A stretch of 64,000 nt of DNA from an uncultured bacterium. GTDB taxonomy: Bacteria; Krumholzibacteriota; Krumholzibacteriia; JACNKJ01. The translations under genes were made by a program, and so were the position numbers. Positions 37,050 to 45,732 of the stretch are shown here, one piece after another. Location of the stretch: positions 928,001-992,000 of the forward strand of contig CAVOFT010000001.1 in NCBI GenBank assembly GCA_963695095.1. The letters run 5' to 3'. Under the pieces are notes generated by a model. The model ran no database searches and was not told the origin of the DNA. It saw only the letters and a list, made by a program, of their open reading frames with translations. The first letter of the stretch is position 1. Every line of letters begins with the position of its first letter.

Positions 37050-40000
37050 AAGGCTCGCTCGCCGCGCTGCTGGGCGCGCTCGTCCTGGCAGGCGCGGCCG
37101 GCGCCGCCGGGCAGGAGCCGCGCGCGCGGGTCTTCAACTGGCGCGGCGACGACCTGGAGCACCAGCGCCGCGGCGAGGTGAGCATCACCCAGCTCACCAA
37201 CTTCTGGTGCCAGTCGGACAGCCTGGTGGTCACCGCCGAGCTCGCCGAGCGGCGCGTGGACGCGGCGGCGGCGACCGACGAGTTCTCCCTGCGCGGCAAC
37301 GTGGTGGCCGTCGAAGGCGCCACCCGCATCGTCGGCGAGACCGGCCACTACGACCGCCACCGCGACGTCGCCACCGTGAGCGGCGCCGTCACGATCAACG
37401 ACGCCGCCACGGTGATCCACTGCGCGGAGGCCGTCTACGAACGCGGCGCGCAGCTCATCCACCTGGTGGGCGATGTCGACATCGCCCAGGGGGAGAGCCG
37501 CCTCCGGGCCCAGCGGGTGATCTACCACCGCGCCACCGGCTTCGCCGAGGCCTTCGACGATGTGGAGCTCTCCGAGCAGGGCGGCGACACCGTTCTGCGC
37601 GGCCAGCACGGCAGCTACGACCGCGAGCGCGACCAGGCGGAGATGGACGCCTCTCCCCACCTGCTGCGCGCGAGCGCGGGCGACACCGTCCAGGTGACCG
37701 CCGCCCGCATGCGCCAGCTGCGCGCCGACAGCCTGGCCATCGCCGTGGGCGACGTGCGCTACCTGCGTGGCCCCACGGAGGCCCTATGCGACTCCGCGCT
37801 CTTCTACCAGGCGGAGGATCGCCTGCTGCTCTTCGGCGAGCCGCGCGTGCTGCGCAGCGGCAGCACCCTGGCGGGCGACACGCTGGAGCTCTTCTTCGCC
37901 GGCGGCGAGATCCAGCGCATGAACATCAATGGCCGGGCGCGCTTCCGCGACCGGCCCGCCGATACCCGCGTCTTCCCCGGCCAGCAGAGCGAAATCCGGG
38001 GCGATCGCTTCCGCATCCACTTCCGAAGCGGCGAGATCAGCAGCGTCGAAGTGCAGGGCTCACCCAGCAGCACCTACATTCCGCCGCTGGGCGCCGACGG
38101 GCGCGCCGCGATCAACGAGGCCGCAGGCGACTCCATGCTCCTGCGCTTCAGCGCCGACGATCTGGACGAGGTGCGCATCTTCGGCAGTGCGTCCGGACGC
38201 TACCGCTACCTCGACGACTGGCCGGCCCGCTGGGCCGTGGCGGACAGCGCCGCGCCAGCATCGCGGACAGCGCCGCCGCCAGCATCGCCGACAGCGCCGC
38301 CGCCAGCATCGCCGACAGCGCCGGCGCTGCCGCGCGCTTCGCGACGCTAGCGGCCGTGATCGAGTACAAGGCCGACGACATCATCTACCAGGCCGTGCAG
38401 GAGCGCGCCTACCTGGAAGGCGAGGCGGAGGTGGCCAGCCCCGACTTCACCCTGCAAGCGCGGGCCATTCGCTTCGATGCGCGCGATGACTTCCTCGACG
38501 CCCGCGGCGAGCCCGTGCTCATCGACGAGGGCGATCAGCTCTACGGCAGCCTGATGGAGTACGCGATCGACGAGAAGGTCGGCCTCGTGCACAGTGGCAC
38601 GACGCGCTACGGCGAGGGCTTCTACGCTGGCGAACGCCTGAAGAAGAAGCCCGACGGCCGTGTGAACGCCTACGCCTGCACCTACACCACCTGCGATCTC
38701 GCGGAGCCGCACTTCCACTTCAAGGTCGATCGCATGACGATCCAGACTCGCGACAAGATCGTCGGCGCGCCCGTTCGCTTCTACCTGGGGGACATCCCCC
38801 TCTTCTACCTGCCCTACCTGTTCAACGACCTCAAGCGCGGCCGGCGCTCGGGCTTCCTGCAGCCGGATTTCGAGTTCGGCATCACCCTGAGCGAGAACAA
38901 GCCGCAGCGCTTCGTGCGCGACCTCGGCTACTACTGGGCCGCCAGCGACTACTACGACCTCACCCTGCGCGGCAACTTCGAGGAGCGGCGGTCGCTGTTC
39001 GGCACCCTGGGCATGCGCTACTACCAGCGCTATTTCCTGGGCGGCTCGGTCAACAGCAACCTCAGCTACGACGCGCGCCGCGATCTGGTCAGCGACGCCT
39101 TCTCCTGGGGCCTGCACGGCACCCACAACCAGGAGCTGGACGAGCGGACGCGGCTGAACGCCAATATCGACTTCGTCAGCAGCGAGGCCCTGCGCGACAT
39201 CGACAACTACACGGTCGAGCAGACCATCAACCAGCGGCTCACCTCCAATGCCGCGCTGAGCCGCAAGTGGGACAACCTCTCGCTGAACAGCAGCTACAAG
39301 CGCACGCAGATTCTCAATCAAGAGGACGACGATCCGGCGACGGACAATCTCCTGGTCGAGGAGACGACGCCGGTGTCGCTGAGCGCGACGCCGCTGCCGC
39401 TGTTGCCCGGCCTGAGCGGGCGCGACGGCCTGCGCGGAGCGCTGGCGGGGCTCAAGCTGACGCCGCGGCTGTCCTACACGCGCAACAGCAAGCGCTACGA
39501 GACGCGCCGGCTGGTCACCGAGTCGGCGTCCACGGGCAGCAGCCTCGGCTTCAGCTTCAAGGTCGGCTTGTTCACGCTGAGGCCGGGCTTGAGCGCCTCG
39601 GAGAACTGGAATCGCAGCAGCGCGCCGGTGACGGTGACGGGACTGGCGCCCTTCGGCAAGCTGACGGGGTTCGCCGACGGCGTCAGTCCGCTCTCGCCGG
39701 CCGGCGAGAGCGCTGCGCTGGCGACGGTCACCGGCACCGCCGATCGGGACGGCGAATTCAGCCACCGCTGGACGGCGAGCACGGCCATCTCGACCAAGTT
39801 CTTCGGGCTCTTCTACCCGCAGATCGGCCGGCTGACCGGAATCCGCCACACGGTGTCGCCCGCCGCGACCTGGAACTATGCGGAGTCGCGCGGCAAGACC
39901 TTCGCCGTCGGCCGCAGCATCAGCCTGTCGCTCGACAACAGCCTCGATCTCAAGCTGGGCGAAGGGGAGACGGTCGAGCGCAAGACCGGAGTCGCCAACT

Positions 40001-40701
40001 GGAGCCTGAGCACCGGCTACGACCTGACCAAGCAGTCCACCGAGCAGCCCTGGAGCGCGCTGAGCAGCAGCTGGCAACTCAATCCCCTGCCCAACTTCAG
40101 CCTGGCGCTGCGCCAATCCTACGATCTCAACCACGGGGAGAAGCTCGGCACCACGCTCTCGGGCAATGTCTCCTTCAACGGCAGCTTCAGCTACGGCGGC
40201 ATCGAGCGCCGCGAGCAGATGCGCAACGTGGTGCTCCAGCGCGAGGGCGAGACGGCAGCCCCGAGCGAGCCGGCCGCCGCCGAGCCGGCGGGCTTCGATC
40301 CCAACGCGCCCCTGCACGAGGACGGCCCCCCGCTGCCGCGGCAGGAGCCGGGCGCCGCCGCCGCCGGCCCGGGCGGCAGCCAGCGCTGGAACCTGTCCAG
40401 CAGCTTCACGTTGAACCGCACTCGTAGCAGTTCGCCCAGCCCCACGGTCAATCTGGGTGGCCGGGTGGATCTTACGGACAATTGGAGCCTGGACTATCGA
40501 ACCAGCTTGAATCTCGCGGATGGGGTGCTCGGCACGCAGTCGATCCACCTGACGCGCAATCTGCACTGCTGGGAAGCCTCATTCTCGCGACTTGTCTTCC
40601 AGGGTAGGGAGCAGTACTATTTCCGCATCTACTTGAAGGCACATCCTGACGATATCAAGCTCGAATCGGGCGATCGCGGCGCGGGTTACGGAGGCTTCTA
40701 G
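37046..40701 (+). CDS. lptD: LPS assembly protein: long LptA/OstA-like N-terminal region joined to an LptD-type barrel (frameshift near 38252)
   Basis: Signal peptide, repeated L.G.V.I jellyroll strands, YTTCDL..PHFHF, RRSGFL.P, LGYYWA, RNLHCWE C-terminus. Confidence 0.75.
38240..38322 (+). repeat. 24-bp tandem repeat x3.5 encoding ADSAAASI
   Basis: GC(G/C)GACAGCGCCGCCGCCAGCATC at 38263 and 38287, a partial copy at 38311, and a first copy (38240) of only 23 bp. Confidence 0.9.
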
Positions 40702-40738
40702 GCACGCCGGCTGCTGCGCTCGACCGGAGAGGATCGCG

Positions 40739-41032
40739 ATGAACAAGGCTGAACTCATCGATCGCCTGGCTGCGGCCAGCGGTCTCGCCGTGAAGGACGC
40801 GCGGAGCGCCGTGGACCACCTGTTCGCCACGGATCCCCGCAACGGCGTCATTGCCAATGCCCTTGCCGGTGGCGAGAAGGTGCAGATCACCGGCTTCGGC
40901 ACCTTCGAACTGCGCCAGCGCAAGGCGCGCACCGGGCGCAACCCACGCACGGGCGAAGAAATCGCCATTGCCGCGAGCCGAGCGCCGGCGTTCTCGGCCG
41001 GCAAGAGCTTCAAGGAACGCTACAACGACTGA
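40739..41032 (+). CDS. hup: HU family DNA-binding protein
   Basis: MNKAELI, GEKVQITGFGTF, RKARTGRNPRTGE, PAFSAGK. Confidence 0.95.
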   Translation: MNKAELIDRLAAASGLAVKDARSAVDHLFATDPRNGVIANALAGGEKVQITGFGTFELRQRKARTGRNPRTGEEIAIAASRAPAFSAGKSFKERYND

Positions 41033-41077
41033 CCCGATGCGCGGGTTGGAGATGCAAGCAAGGAGAGTGGAGTGACC

Positions 41078-42430
41078 ATGCATAGCCTGCGAAGCCGCCT
41101 CAGCGGGGGCGGACTTGTGCTGCTAGCCATCCTCAGTGCCGGCGGGCTGCGCGCGGCGCTTGCCGACGTGGACGTGGTGATCGGCTACGAGACGCGCGCC
41201 ATCGGCGAACTCGACGAGTGTGGCTGAAAGAGCAAGCAGAAAGGCGGCGCTGCCCGGCGGGCGGCGCTTATCGAGACCCTGCGTGAAGAGAACGAGCACG
41301 TGCTGATCCTCAGCGGGGGCGACAACATCTCCAATCAAGCGGATCGACAGTGGGAGCGGCAGTCGCGCCTGCTGATGGATCTCCTGGGCGACATGGGCCT
41401 CGACGCGACGGCCGTGCAGGCCCAGGACCTGCTGCTGGGCCTGGACGTCCTGCAGGGTTTCGGCGCGCAGGAAGGCTACGCGCTGCTCTGTGGCAACCTC
41501 ATGGACGGCAGCGGCAAGGCGGTGTTTCCGAGCTACCGGATCTTCGAACTCGGCGGCAAGAAACTCGGCGTGCTGGCGGTGACGGACCCTCGGCTTCAGC
41601 ACGGGGTGCAGAAGATGCCGGCCGGGCTCACCTTCGCCGATCCCGGGCCGGTGATGGAGGCCGGCGTGCGCGCGCTGCGCGAGCATGAGGGCTGCGCGGC
41701 CGTTGTGCTGCTCTACGGCGGCCGGCGCGAGCAGGCGCTCGAGGCCTGCAAGACCTTGACTGGCGTCGACCTGATCTTCTTCGGCAACTCGACGATCAGC
41801 CAGCGGGTGCCGACCGAGACGGAGTCGGGCGTGCCCGTCTACACGGCGGGAAATCGGGGCAAGGACTTCGGGGAGATCCAGCTGACGCTGAAGGATGATG
41901 GGTCGGTGGCGCTGTCACCGATGCAGATCCACGAGCTGGACAAGAACTACCCGGAGCAGCCGGAGGTGGCGGCGCGCGTGGCGGCCCTGAAGGCGGAGCT
42001 GGATGCGGAGAAGCAGCGAACGCAGCTGATCGAGCAGCTGGCGCGGCAGACCAGCGAGACGGAGGTGACGGAGGCCTTTCTCGGCTCGGAGACCTGCAAG
42101 CGCTGCCACGAGGCGGAGTACACGTCGTTCATGGCCACCGCGCACGCCCAGGCGCTGGCGAGCCTGGAGCACGACTTCCAGGACAACAACCCGGACTGCG
42201 TGAGCTGCCATGTGACGGGCTGGCAGCAGCCGGGAGGCTACGGACTGGATGCGGTGAACCGGAACAAGCTGAAGGGCGTCCAGTGCGAGGCCTGCCACGG
42301 CTATGGAACGACGCACGCGCGGAACCAGCCGGCAGCGAGCGAACCGGCCGCGATGTGCCTGCGTTGCCATGATGCGGCCAACAGCCCCGAGTTCAACTAC
42401 AAGCGCTACTGGGAGAAGATCAAGCACTAG
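41078..42430 (+). CDS. Exported UshA-like selenoprotein fused to a tetraheme c554-type cytochrome (TGA 41225-41227 read as Sec)
   Basis: Signal peptide plus GELDECG-TGA-KSKQKGGAARRA in frame with ORF 41300..42430. Four CXXCH motifs (CKRCH, CVSCH, CEACH, CLRCH). Hairpin after the TGA. Confidence 0.85.
41246..41268 (+). promoter_or_regulatory. Candidate bacterial SECIS hairpin
   Basis: GGCGCTGCCC-GGC-GGGCGGCGCT. The G-led apical loop starts 28 nt after the UGA. Confidence 0.65.
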
Positions 42431-42441
42431 GGGAGAGGGCC

Positions 42442-43137
42442 GTGCGCGCTGTCTGCGGGGTCCTGACGGCCTTGCTGTTCCTCGGTCTCATCGATGCCCG
42501 GCAGAGCGAGGCGAGCGGCCCGCTCCCGCCGGGCTTCTTCATGGAGTACCGCGTCGAGTCCTTCAGCGAAGGCCGCCGCAGCGAGGAGCGCTTTCGCCTC
42601 GTCGTGCGGGAGGCCCTCGACGCCGATCGCCGCTTGCTCGAACTTAGCCTGGATAGCGGCAGCGCCTACCGCGCCGTCTATCAGGCAGGTGGGGGGGGGC
42701 AGGGCCCCTTTGCCGTGGAGCGCTTCGAACGCGTCGAGGGCCTGCAGGACGGCCAGTGGCAGCCGCTGGTCCCGGCGGAGATCGAGCTGCTCACCCTCCT
42801 GGCCGACATGCAGGACCGCATCGAGCGCGGCCACGCCGAGGCGGACAGCAGCATCTCGGTGGGCGGTCGCGCCTGGCCTGCCCAGCGCTACAGCCTGACC
42901 GACAGCAGCGCCACCGTCCAGCGCAGCGCCAGCGTGACGCTCACCCGGCAAGTGCTGGCCCGTGGCACGGCCTGGGTCGCCGCCGATCTCCCCTTCGGCG
43001 GCTGGATTCGCTTCGAGGAGGAGCGGCAAGCGCGCAAGATCTCGGAGCTCGGCGGTCGCCGCTTCGTCGGCGAGCTGGAGACCAGCCGCGAGCTCTGGAC
43101 CCTCGTGGCGCTGAGTCCGGCTGCTCTCAACAAGTAA
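42442..43137 (+). CDS. Hypothetical exported protein
   Basis: 231 aa, GGAGAGG RBS, signal-peptide-like N-terminus, 11 bp after the cytochrome gene. Confidence 0.6.
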   Translation: MRAVCGVLTALLFLGLIDARQSEASGPLPPGFFMEYRVESFSEGRRSEERFRLVVREALDADRRLLELSLDSGSAYRAVYQAGGGGQGPFAVERFERVEGLQDGQWQPLVPAEIELLTLLADMQDRIERGHAEADSSISVGGRAWPAQRYSLTDSSATVQRSASVTLTRQVLARGTAWVAADLPFGGWIRFEEERQARKISELGGRRFVGELETSRELWTLVALSPAALNK

Positions 43138-43248
43138 AGCGGGTGGTGGGGGTGGCGAGCGGGAAGCCCGCCGGCAGGCCAGGCAGAGCTGGCCGCAGCC
43201 GCCCCGCCGAGCAGCCGCCCGGGGCCCTGCAAGCCGCCGCCAATCCCC

Positions 43249-43277
43249 TTGACAAGTTCTTGACGATTCGCTAGGGT
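43249..43277 (+). promoter_or_regulatory. sigma70-type promoter
   Basis: TTGACA (43249-43254), 17 bp, TAGGGT (43272-43277). Confidence 0.6.
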
Positions 43278-43399
43278 GGCTACAAGCTGTAGGGGCCCTA
43301 TCGTTCCAATTGAGGGGTCGCCTACCATATCTAGGGTGAGATCTAGGGTGAGAGAAATCACCCCGTGACGAGTCATTACTCAAAGGGAAGGGTGAGCCA

Positions 43400-43612
43400 A
43401 TGAGTAATACGAATCCGGGCGTTGCCACGTCGACCTTTTTGGAACGTGAGCTGGATTCAAACAAGAAATACGTCAAGTTCCACAAGCTGCTTGCCAAGGC
43501 CGAAAAGGAGGGCCGGATCGACGGACGCTATGCCTGTCCGGTATGTGGCATGCGCTTCATGGTCTGGGATGAAGCGGACACCTGCTGCAAGCAACTGCCG
43601 GGCATGAAGTAG
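43400..43612 (+). CDS. Small Cys-containing protein (CPVC...CC)
   Basis: 70 aa ORF with purine-rich RBS and a zinc-finger-like C-terminus. Confidence 0.65.
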   Translation: MSNTNPGVATSTFLERELDSNKKYVKFHKLLAKAEKEGRIDGRYACPVCGMRFMVWDEADTCCKQLPGMK

Positions 43613-43639
43613 GTCGGCGATCGCGGAGAAGGGATTTCC

Positions 43640-44020
43640 ATGAAGCAGTACTGCTCCGTTTGCAAGGACCACCTCGACATGGCGGTGGTGGAAGAGGGCG
43701 GAGAGGACGAGGTTACCTGGCTGAAGTGTCCCCGCTGCAAGGGAATCCTGCCTCACATGAAGCTCGATGGCGAGGAGGAACCCGTTCCGGTCCCCGCCGC
43801 GGCGGCCTTCACGCTCGAGGGCATCGATACCACGAGCGTGCACGAGTACGAGCCGTCGCGGTTCTACGAAGTGGGCGATGTCATCTACCACCGGTCGTGG
43901 AATGACTACGGCCGTGTCGTGGAGAAGCTGATCCTGCCCGGGGATCGCCATGCGATCAGAGTGCAGTTCCTCAATCAGGGCGACGTCAACCTGCTCGAAG
44001 ATGTCAGTCACGGAGGCTGA
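43640..44020 (+). CDS. Zinc-ribbon protein with a C-terminal Tudor-like domain
   Basis: CSVC...CPRC, then YEVGDVIYH..W...GRVV...IRVQF...G...L. Confidence 0.7.
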   Translation: MKQYCSVCKDHLDMAVVEEGGEDEVTWLKCPRCKGILPHMKLDGEEEPVPVPAAAAFTLEGIDTTSVHEYEPSRFYEVGDVIYHRSWNDYGRVVEKLILPGDRHAIRVQFLNQGDVNLLEDVSHGG

Positions 44021-44864
44021 GCGGCGTTCTTGCTGGCGCCTCTCAGCCTCCGTTCTGCTTCTGCTGGCCGCCGTTCCGGCGGGCGCCGGCTTTCTCCACG
44101 GTGAGGGTGTCCTGGACAGTCAGGCCGCGCTGCCCGCAGGGCAGCGCCGACTGGAATTCGGCTCCACCTACTATGGCGCCGGGCCCTGGGCGGGCCACCG
44201 GCATCTGCTGCGCGTGGCCGGCAGCCGCGGCGAGCTGGTCCAGTGGAGCCTCTCCCTGCCCTGGCTCTATTCCTCTCTCGGCAACGGCGGCCGCTCCGGC
44301 CGCGACAATCTGCTCACGGGCGCCACTCTGCGCATGGCCGCCGGCGAGCGAGGCCGCCTGCGGCTGGGAGGGGAGTTCTGGCTACCCCTGGCCTCGGCAT
44401 CGCTCGCTCCGCTGGCGGAGCGCCGCGCCTTCCTGCGCCTGGCTCTGCTCGGGGAGCTGACGGCCGCGGGCGGCCTCGAGGCGGGGCTCAGTTACTGCCG
44501 CGAGCTGCGGGGCATCGGTCCGGAGGCGGAGGGTCCCTGGCCGGCGTCCCTGGACCTTGACCTGCGCCTGGGTCGGCGTCCGACGTCGGGCCTTCGCGCC
44601 TGCCTGCTCGGAGGAAGCGCCTGGCAGCCCGAGGGCGAACTCGGGATGGGCTGGCTGGGGGCAGGCCTGGCTTACGCCTGGGACGGCCAGTGGCTCGCCG
44701 AATTGACGGGCGCCGCGTATCTCGGCGCCGCAGACGAGCCCACCCGTGCGGACTACCGGGTGCGCCTGGGCCTGCGCTGGGATGCCGAGCTTCCCAGCGC
44801 CACGCCTGCCCGGGGCGGCGCGGCCGCCGGCGAGGCGGCGGCGCCCAGCCCTAGTGGCTGCTGA
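44001..44864 (+). CDS. Hypothetical exported protein, possible outer-membrane beta-barrel
   Basis: Signal peptide ending VPAGA, alternating hydrophobic strands, RLGLRW-like last strand. Confidence 0.5.
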   Translation: MSVTEAERRSCWRLSASVLLLLAAVPAGAGFLHGEGVLDSQAALPAGQRRLEFGSTYYGAGPWAGHRHLLRVAGSRGELVQWSLSLPWLYSSLGNGGRSGRDNLLTGATLRMAAGERGRLRLGGEFWLPLASASLAPLAERRAFLRLALLGELTAAGGLEAGLSYCRELRGIGPEAEGPWPASLDLDLRLGRRPTSGLRACLLGGSAWQPEGELGMGWLGAGLAYAWDGQWLAELTGAAYLGAADEPTRADYRVRLGLRWDAELPSATPARGGAAAGEAAAPSPSGC

Positions 44865-45606
44865 GCAGCTTCAGCTCGTACTTGCCGTACTTGAAGCGGC
44901 TGCCGTCGCCGGCGATCGCCAGGCGCGTCTTCTCGTCCGGCCTCACGATCACTTCCTCGACGAGCAACTCCGATGAGAAGAGCTGCGATTGCTTCTCGCC
45001 CTGGACGATCTCGTCCAGCTCATTGCCGACCACCACGAGGACCCGGTGCGGGCCCGCGGGCAGTTCCATCACTGCGGGCGGGAACTCGTGGTCGTTGCGC
45101 AGGAGGGTCCAGCCGCGATCGAAGTAGTCCTTCTCGATGGTGTCATCCTTGTCCGCGGAAGCCAGGACGCCGTCCACGAAGACCTTGAAGTGCAGGGTGT
45201 TCAACTGCAGCATCCGCTCCCGCTCGGAGGGGCGCTTGAAGCGCGCCGACGAGCGCGGCGAATCGCCAATCAGGACGACCTCGAGCGTGCCGATGCCGGC
45301 CGGGGGAGGCGCAGCGGCTGCCGTCGGTGCAGCGGGCGTCGCCTGGGCGCCGGCGGCGCCTTCGCTCAGATAGATGGCCTTGATCTTCGCGCGGGGGATG
45401 CGCAGGGAGTCGGCGAAGTCGGTCTGGAGCACGAGCAGCGAGTCATCCATGGACACGAGATGCCCCTGCAGCACGGAGCCGTCGAGCAGTGTGACCTGGT
45501 GCAGGGTCTCGCCGCCGGCGAGCGCTGGCATGCCGAGCAGCAGGGCCAGCAGCAGCGCCCAGGCGCCACGGCTGGCGGACGGTGAAATGAGCGGTGATTG
45601 CATCAT
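44851..45606 (-). CDS. Hypothetical exported protein
   Basis: GAGG RBS, signal peptide, VTLLDGSVLQG..IPRAKIKAI small beta domain, Ala/Pro linker. Confidence 0.65.
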   Translation of the reverse strand: MMQSPLISPSASRGAWALLLALLLGMPALAGGETLHQVTLLDGSVLQGHLVSMDDSLLVLQTDFADSLRIPRAKIKAIYLSEGAAGAQATPAAPTAAAAPPPAGIGTLEVVLIGDSPRSSARFKRPSERERMLQLNTLHFKVFVDGVLASADKDDTIEKDYFDRGWTLLRNDHEFPPAVMELPAGPHRVLVVVGNELDEIVQGEKQSQLFSSELLVEEVIVRPDEKTRLAIAGDGSRFKYGKYELKLLSSH

Positions 45607-45732
45607 CGGGATACCTCGGTGGTGATCGTCGGATGCCAGCGGATGGCTTGCATCCGCTGCCTGCCTGTGGCAGCCTGCCGGCAGTCTAGGCGGCCGCCGC
45701 CGCCGGCACAAACACTTTCCCGGGAGTCAGGT

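Noticed and set aside
44856..44864. GC-TGA ending as another Sec site
   Set aside because: It overlaps the end of the convergent gene, follows a low-complexity tail, and has no family precedent I can cite.
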